Positions 58,774-64,000 of a stretch of DNA of 64,000 nt are shown in pieces (the stretch's first letter is position 1; every line of letters starts with the position of its first letter). The position numbers and the translations under genes were made by a program. Under the pieces are notes generated by a model. That model did not search any database. It was not told the origin of the DNA and worked only from the letters and a program-made list of their open reading frames with translations. Origin of the DNA: Asterionella formosa (lineage: Eukaryota); the NCBI GenBank assembly GCA_002256025.1, contig NKIB01005371.1, positions 1 to 64,000 on the forward strand, in the 5' to 3' direction.

Positions 58774-61700
58774 TCAGTTTTGCTTAAGAAGTTTCTTTGA
58801 TTCTTCTCCACTACTGCTTCCTGTCAAGAAATAATCTTTCCTCTGCTCAACCCCACTGATAAACAATGAGTGATCTTGAAACTTGTACTTTTTCCAGGCT
58901 GGTATCTCATCTAGGATCAGATTAAACTTCATCCCAAACCCAGGATCTTTGGAAAGAAGGATCAAGAGTTCCATTGCATGAACCTTAGCAGCAGCTGGAT
59001 TCTTTACAGTTGCAAGTGATGGGTCTTCAAGCACTTCATTGACCAAGAATTCGGCAAGTTTGCAAGACAAAGCTGATCTCAATAGTGGGACTCGACCTTG
59101 CGCAGATCCGGGAGCACCACACATACTTATTGTATTCTGCTCTGCCATGAGATTTGGATCCACTGTGGTGCGCGCGTCAATCCCAGTGCCATCCGTCGAA
59201 GTTGGTAGGAATGGAGCCGAGGTATTCAGCGAAAAATCCAGCGGCTGCGACTGCTGATGCAGCTGTGTCATCGAGGGTTGCTGTTGTGGTTGATACGTTG
59301 GATACATAACTTGTGGGGATGGCGTTGTCAACAATTGCTGAGAATGGTACGTGTCACTCTGGGCTTGCACAGGCTGAATATTTTGTTGATATTTTGGATG
59401 CTGTTGTACTCCGTGCTGAATCTGCTCTGAATGCTGCGGATACATAGAAACAGTTTGCTGCTTGTATTGCAGACCATGCTGCGAAGCCTGCCCTGGCTGC
59501 TGCTCTTGCACAACCTGCGTTTGTTGGTAATAATGGATAAACTGCTGGGACGGCATTATCTGGCCTTGTTGAATAGTAGGGTCCTGAACGTGCGTAGCCA
59601 GTGGTTGCGGCTGCTTTTGCCCTTGCAGTCCAGGAGCTGTATCATTGTTTCGTTGCAGATAATTATGTTGACTATCTGTTGCCAGGTGAGAAACAGTTGA
59701 GCTTGGGAGACCAGGAACGCATTGCAGCAATGGCTGCTGAATTATTTTCTGTTCACCATGAAAGTTGTATCCTGCTATCATAGATTCCTGTGGTTGCTGT
59801 TGGAAGCCAGAGGGCGTGGATAACAACGGTGGGTCTCTCTGAGTATTTTTCTGAGCGTTAAGTTGTGGTGGCGTCGCCATTGTTGGGGCCTGTACATTTT
59901 GGGTGGATAGATGAGCACTTCGTTTGGAATATGACTGTGGACTCTCCCGTTGCATGTGGTGATATGAATTGTGTGAATCAGGTTGGAAACTAGGATGGGA
60001 AACCCCAGGGTGCAGTTGCCGATATCCAGATCCATACTCTTGAGGGATCAATGCACTTTCTTGAGTCTGTGCCTGTTGGATATACGTGAAACTGACTGGA
60101 GCTGGCGTTGTGTTTACTGAGTAAGGAGAAGCAATCATCTGTTGCTGATAGCCGTCATGAACCTGATAATGATGAGATCTCTGCATGTCGTCACCAATCT
60201 GGTTTGAAACATCGTGTTGAACAACTGTCTGACTTATTCTATTTTGCTCCTGTAAAGCTTGCGGCGGCGAGAAAACCATCATTCCTTGCTGTGGTGTCAG
60301 CCTTGGATGCTCATGCCTTTGATTTCCGGAAATTCCTGCATTTCCCCTTGCGGCTCCAATTGGACCATGTGGGATTGACTGAACAGAAAATGCCATAAGT
60401 GGATCATCTAAGGTTTTTTCCCTGCGTACCCTATTGCTATTCACTGGGTCGACTCCAGGTGCGGGTGACGGAGCCATAGCTTGAGCAACTATATCTTTGT
60501 CAGCCATGTATTGACAAGTAGACTGGGAACCATGGTGAACAAATTTGGCGTCTGAAACCTGAATTGATCCGTTAGTCGACAGAAAACCTGTGCCTCCAAC
60601 TCTTGCCATCGTTTGAACCTTGGTCAAGTCACCCAACGCAACCTTGAACAGGTTTTTAAGCATTTCAATCATGAATGCGCAGTCGTTGTGAAGTGATTCC
60701 TTTTTAATTGCTTGTTTAGTGCAATCGATAATTCCCCCCTTTTCACCCTCCATACTACCCGCAATTGCCAATGCTTCAACATTAACCAGTCGATTCGCAG
60801 CAATATGCAGCAAGCGAATAACACTCAAAAGTGGGCTTCCAAGTAGCTCGAGGGCAAGAATGCATTGGAGGTAATAAATAGACTTAGCCATGAATCCCCA
60901 TTCGCTGAGCTTGTCACAAAGGGCTACTCTAATTTTGCATAGATAAACGCTTGCGCTCGTTACCAATTCCAGTCTGTCTTGTTGAGCAGAGGAAAGTTCA
61001 TTTCCAAATCCATCACAAATACTAGCCACTCCTGATTTCCTTGATGTTAAGATATCTAACTCATATGTCCACCGATGAAGAAGTCTTTCCAGGAACGAGG
61101 TAGGATCCCGGAGACTAAAGGTTGGATCCTTCAGATACAAACGAACATATACTCCTCCCACAAATAACTCGTCTTGAAGTTTCTTGTATACCACCCGATA
61201 GTGTGGCCTTAGCTCGAAATCGTCCACAGAGTAGTCATCACGAACACGTCGCTCAAGGCATTTGTCGAGAATTTCACCAATGGCACTGCGTAGTTCTGAT
61301 CGCATGTCGGAGTCCCATATAAGTTCTGGAGTTTCACTCTCGTTGTCAAAGGCTTTCAAGAAACTGTCTGGGCCTTCTTCCTTCAAAACAACTGTCAGCG
61401 TCACCGGAAGGAAGCGACCCAATTGAGGAGCTATTTGATAAGCAAGTGAGAAATTAAGCACCAAATGCGGGAAAATGAAAGAGAGAGAACTTACCTGCTG
61501 TTGCACCAGTTTGGGGATCCCAAAGAAGCCTTGACAAAGTCTTCGCTGCACCTTGACGGGATACATAGGATTTCGAAAACCTTTGATATCCAGCCACCAA
61601 TCCCAACAGCTCTAACCACGCAGTGGAACGGAGTAATTGTTGTGCAATTGACGGTGAAGACGTCATAGACTCCATAATAGACCACCCCTTTTGTCTTCGC

Positions 61701-64000
61701 TTTGCTTGCTTATTCAATTGCGAATCTCTCCCGGCGCCATCAGCCTCATCAGCACATTCAAGAACAACGAGGAGGCGCCATATCGATCCTTGTGCTGCGA
61801 CTGCATTTGCAAAAGTGTGCTTGTTACTCAGAGCTGACAAAATGTCACAGCCTACATCAAAAACCTATAGTCAATGATCAGTACAAGCTTGAAAAATTAC
61901 GGCGAGAACACTACGTTGATATTTGTAACTTACCTTGGGTTCATCCAGCTCAAGCATACTCATAAGAATTGGGGGAGCGAGTCCTTCTGTTTCGCAGAAA
62001 ACATTATCAACAAGTTCATCAATGCAAACAAGTGCCTGCAATGTTTTCATCGCCATATCAATGGGTGTATCGGAAAGTTCGCAAGTGTTCCAAAAAGGAT
62101 TATCTGAATCACGATTAATTCCTCCATACAGAGCCAAACAAGTCCGGCCGTTCCGAGATGCAAGGGAACGATTCATGGACGAGGCAATGGCATTCAATAC
62201 CTGTTTCGCGAAAACATACAAGTCAGGGATTTCTTGAATTGACTTTCGGTCTCCACTCCAACTATTGAAAACACGAAGGTACACTCCACCAATAGTAACC
62301 TCACCCTTAAGAGAAACATACTCAAATTTCGATTTCGCTGTCTTCAATTCTTCATCAACAGACCGATATCCTGTCCCTTCTCTTTCTCGTTGAGTTGTGG
62401 AAAGAAATGCCTCGAGTTCTTGTCGCATGGGTAGGTTCCAAATGCGGAGAGGCGTCTCTGTGTTGGAATTTAATGTCTGAAGTAGATCCCCCGTTCTTTT
62501 ATTCCTTAGTAAGCGTGCAACAGACGGAGTTAAAACATTAGAGAGAGCTTGACACAAATTATCGTTCTTAGGGGATGTCAAACCCGGGTCCGTCAACAAT
62601 CCACATAACATTCCTAATCCACGGGCAGAGAGCCGAGCATGGTTATTGCAAGCTGCTTGAGATTGGTGCATGTCATCTTGGTCGACTGATGTGGCCGCGC
62701 CTTCATCGAGAGTCGGATCATACCCAAGGAGTAAGTGTAGCATCGGCCAAACAATACCACAACCTACCAGAAGCTCCTGTAATTCACTTGACCTCGCCAT
62801 GTTGGCAACTCCTTCAAGCGCAAATCGTTTTATTGATGCAGATGGCTCTGAATTTGGGTTTATTCCCTCGACACATTTCCTCCAGTTTATACCAAAGTTA
62901 TGCACAGAATCAGGCATCGCGAGGAGCGCAGATCGGCCTGCTTCATAGAAACATACTCCCCCAATTGTACGTACAATATGACGAATAATTTCAGTGACAT
63001 CCATGTCACTCGCAATGGACTTAGCGTCGCAATCAGAATTATCCGCGGCTGCACTTGTCACCAAACAGTCAATAGCCAGGACGTAAAAGTTCAACAAATT
63101 GCAGAGAATAATGACACCGCCCTCTGCAATCAACTCCTCTGCATTCAATGGTGATACCAAGCAAGTTTGAAAAACCAACTCAAGTGCAGATTTCACAAAC
63201 GAAGCTCTCAATTTCTGAATCAAGCAGCATCCTAAAACATCAAACGAACTATTGCTACCGTCATATTTACATGATTGAGGCAGGATCAAGCATCGCAACA
63301 GCATATGATAGGCTGGATACTTGTACTTACACATATCACCTGGATATCGTAGGCAAATGAGTATTTGTGTCTTAAGCAAAATGTGCACCACTTGCATTTG
63401 GGAACTCCCTCCTACAAGTCCAGAAGAATCGATTGTTCCTTCAATACTCTCGTCAGCAACAAATGCGGAAGTCCTCTCTGTAATTCGTGTTCCACTCGCA
63501 ACCAAAGGAAGAAGCAATTCATATGAAGCTTGAATTGTCTCAAACATGTCTCGCCCCGCTGGGTTCTAAAAGATTAAAAAACGCGTCAGTCAACGGAGAA
63601 AACACTAAAAAAATCATGAGCACAAGCACTCACTTTGTCGGGATGGAATTTCCTGGCCAACATTCTATACGCTTTTCGCAGTTCCTTCTCTCCATCACCT
63701 TCGTGGAGGTCAAGGACCTTTCTTGCTTCTTCTTGTGCGTCTTCCTCCTTGTTCTCATCTCTATTCATCTGTTGTTTCCATTCGTCAAGACAGGCTCGGA
63801 ATACTTCAACAGGTTCAGTAATTGGCCATTCTGGAAATCTTACTTCATCGCACAGGTTGCTGAGGTAGTAATTGTGACAGAAAATTTCATGTTCAAGTCT
63901 CTTGTAGGCAACCCCAGGAAGCGGACAATATTCATATTCACATGTTGTGTTCTGCCTAAGTCGACTTGGAAAGTCACCGAGATGCTGGTGGATCATTTCA
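58774..64000 (-). CDS. DNAJC13: RME-8/DNAJC13 (GRV2-like) endosomal J-domain protein, 5'-partial; exons >64000-63634, 63565-61934, 61864-61495, 61430-58774
   Basis: FCHNYYLSNLCDEVRFPEWPI, J-domain HPDK|NPAGRDMF across an intron, LVSPLNAEEL, repeated ETP.LIW...MR and VGGVY.R motifs, and C-terminal WKKYKFQDHSLFI. Confidence 0.93.

Overview
Eukaryotic nuclear DNA, most likely from a diatom. Evidence: short GT-AG introns of about 65-200 nt, bipartite signal-peptide/AF-type plastid presequences, plastid ispG and a bestrophin. There is one assembly gap (23626-23714). About 17 protein-coding genes form CpG-containing islands: AKR, two uncharacterised plastid proteins, a PDI-like thioredoxin, an NTF2-like plus Ala/Lys/Glu-repeat protein, two PP2Cs, a MORN protein, ispG, FKBP, a coiled-coil protein, U2AF65, bestrophin, DPM1, an ABHD4/5-like hydrolase, a C19orf12-like protein, a MIP-like membrane protein and partial RME-8/DNAJC13. 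These islands alternate with AT-rich, CpG-poor tracts of transposon remains: a PIF/Harbinger end with an open transposase frame, a full-length decayed Ty1/copia plus a related solo LTR, a hAT element with an 8-bp TSD, Crypton-like and Tc1/IS630-like relics, MITE-like elements and two tRNA-Ala-derived repeat copies. Three signals stand out. (1) A palindromic TACC(A/T)GGTA / TACCGGTA / GGTACC motif family clusters upstream of nearly every gene and is sparse in exons and TE bodies. (2) The copia family shows 6-bp TSDs at two insertions and a palindrome where the PBS should be. (3) A candidate tRNA-Ala SINE. All assignments are by eye from motifs; no searches were run.
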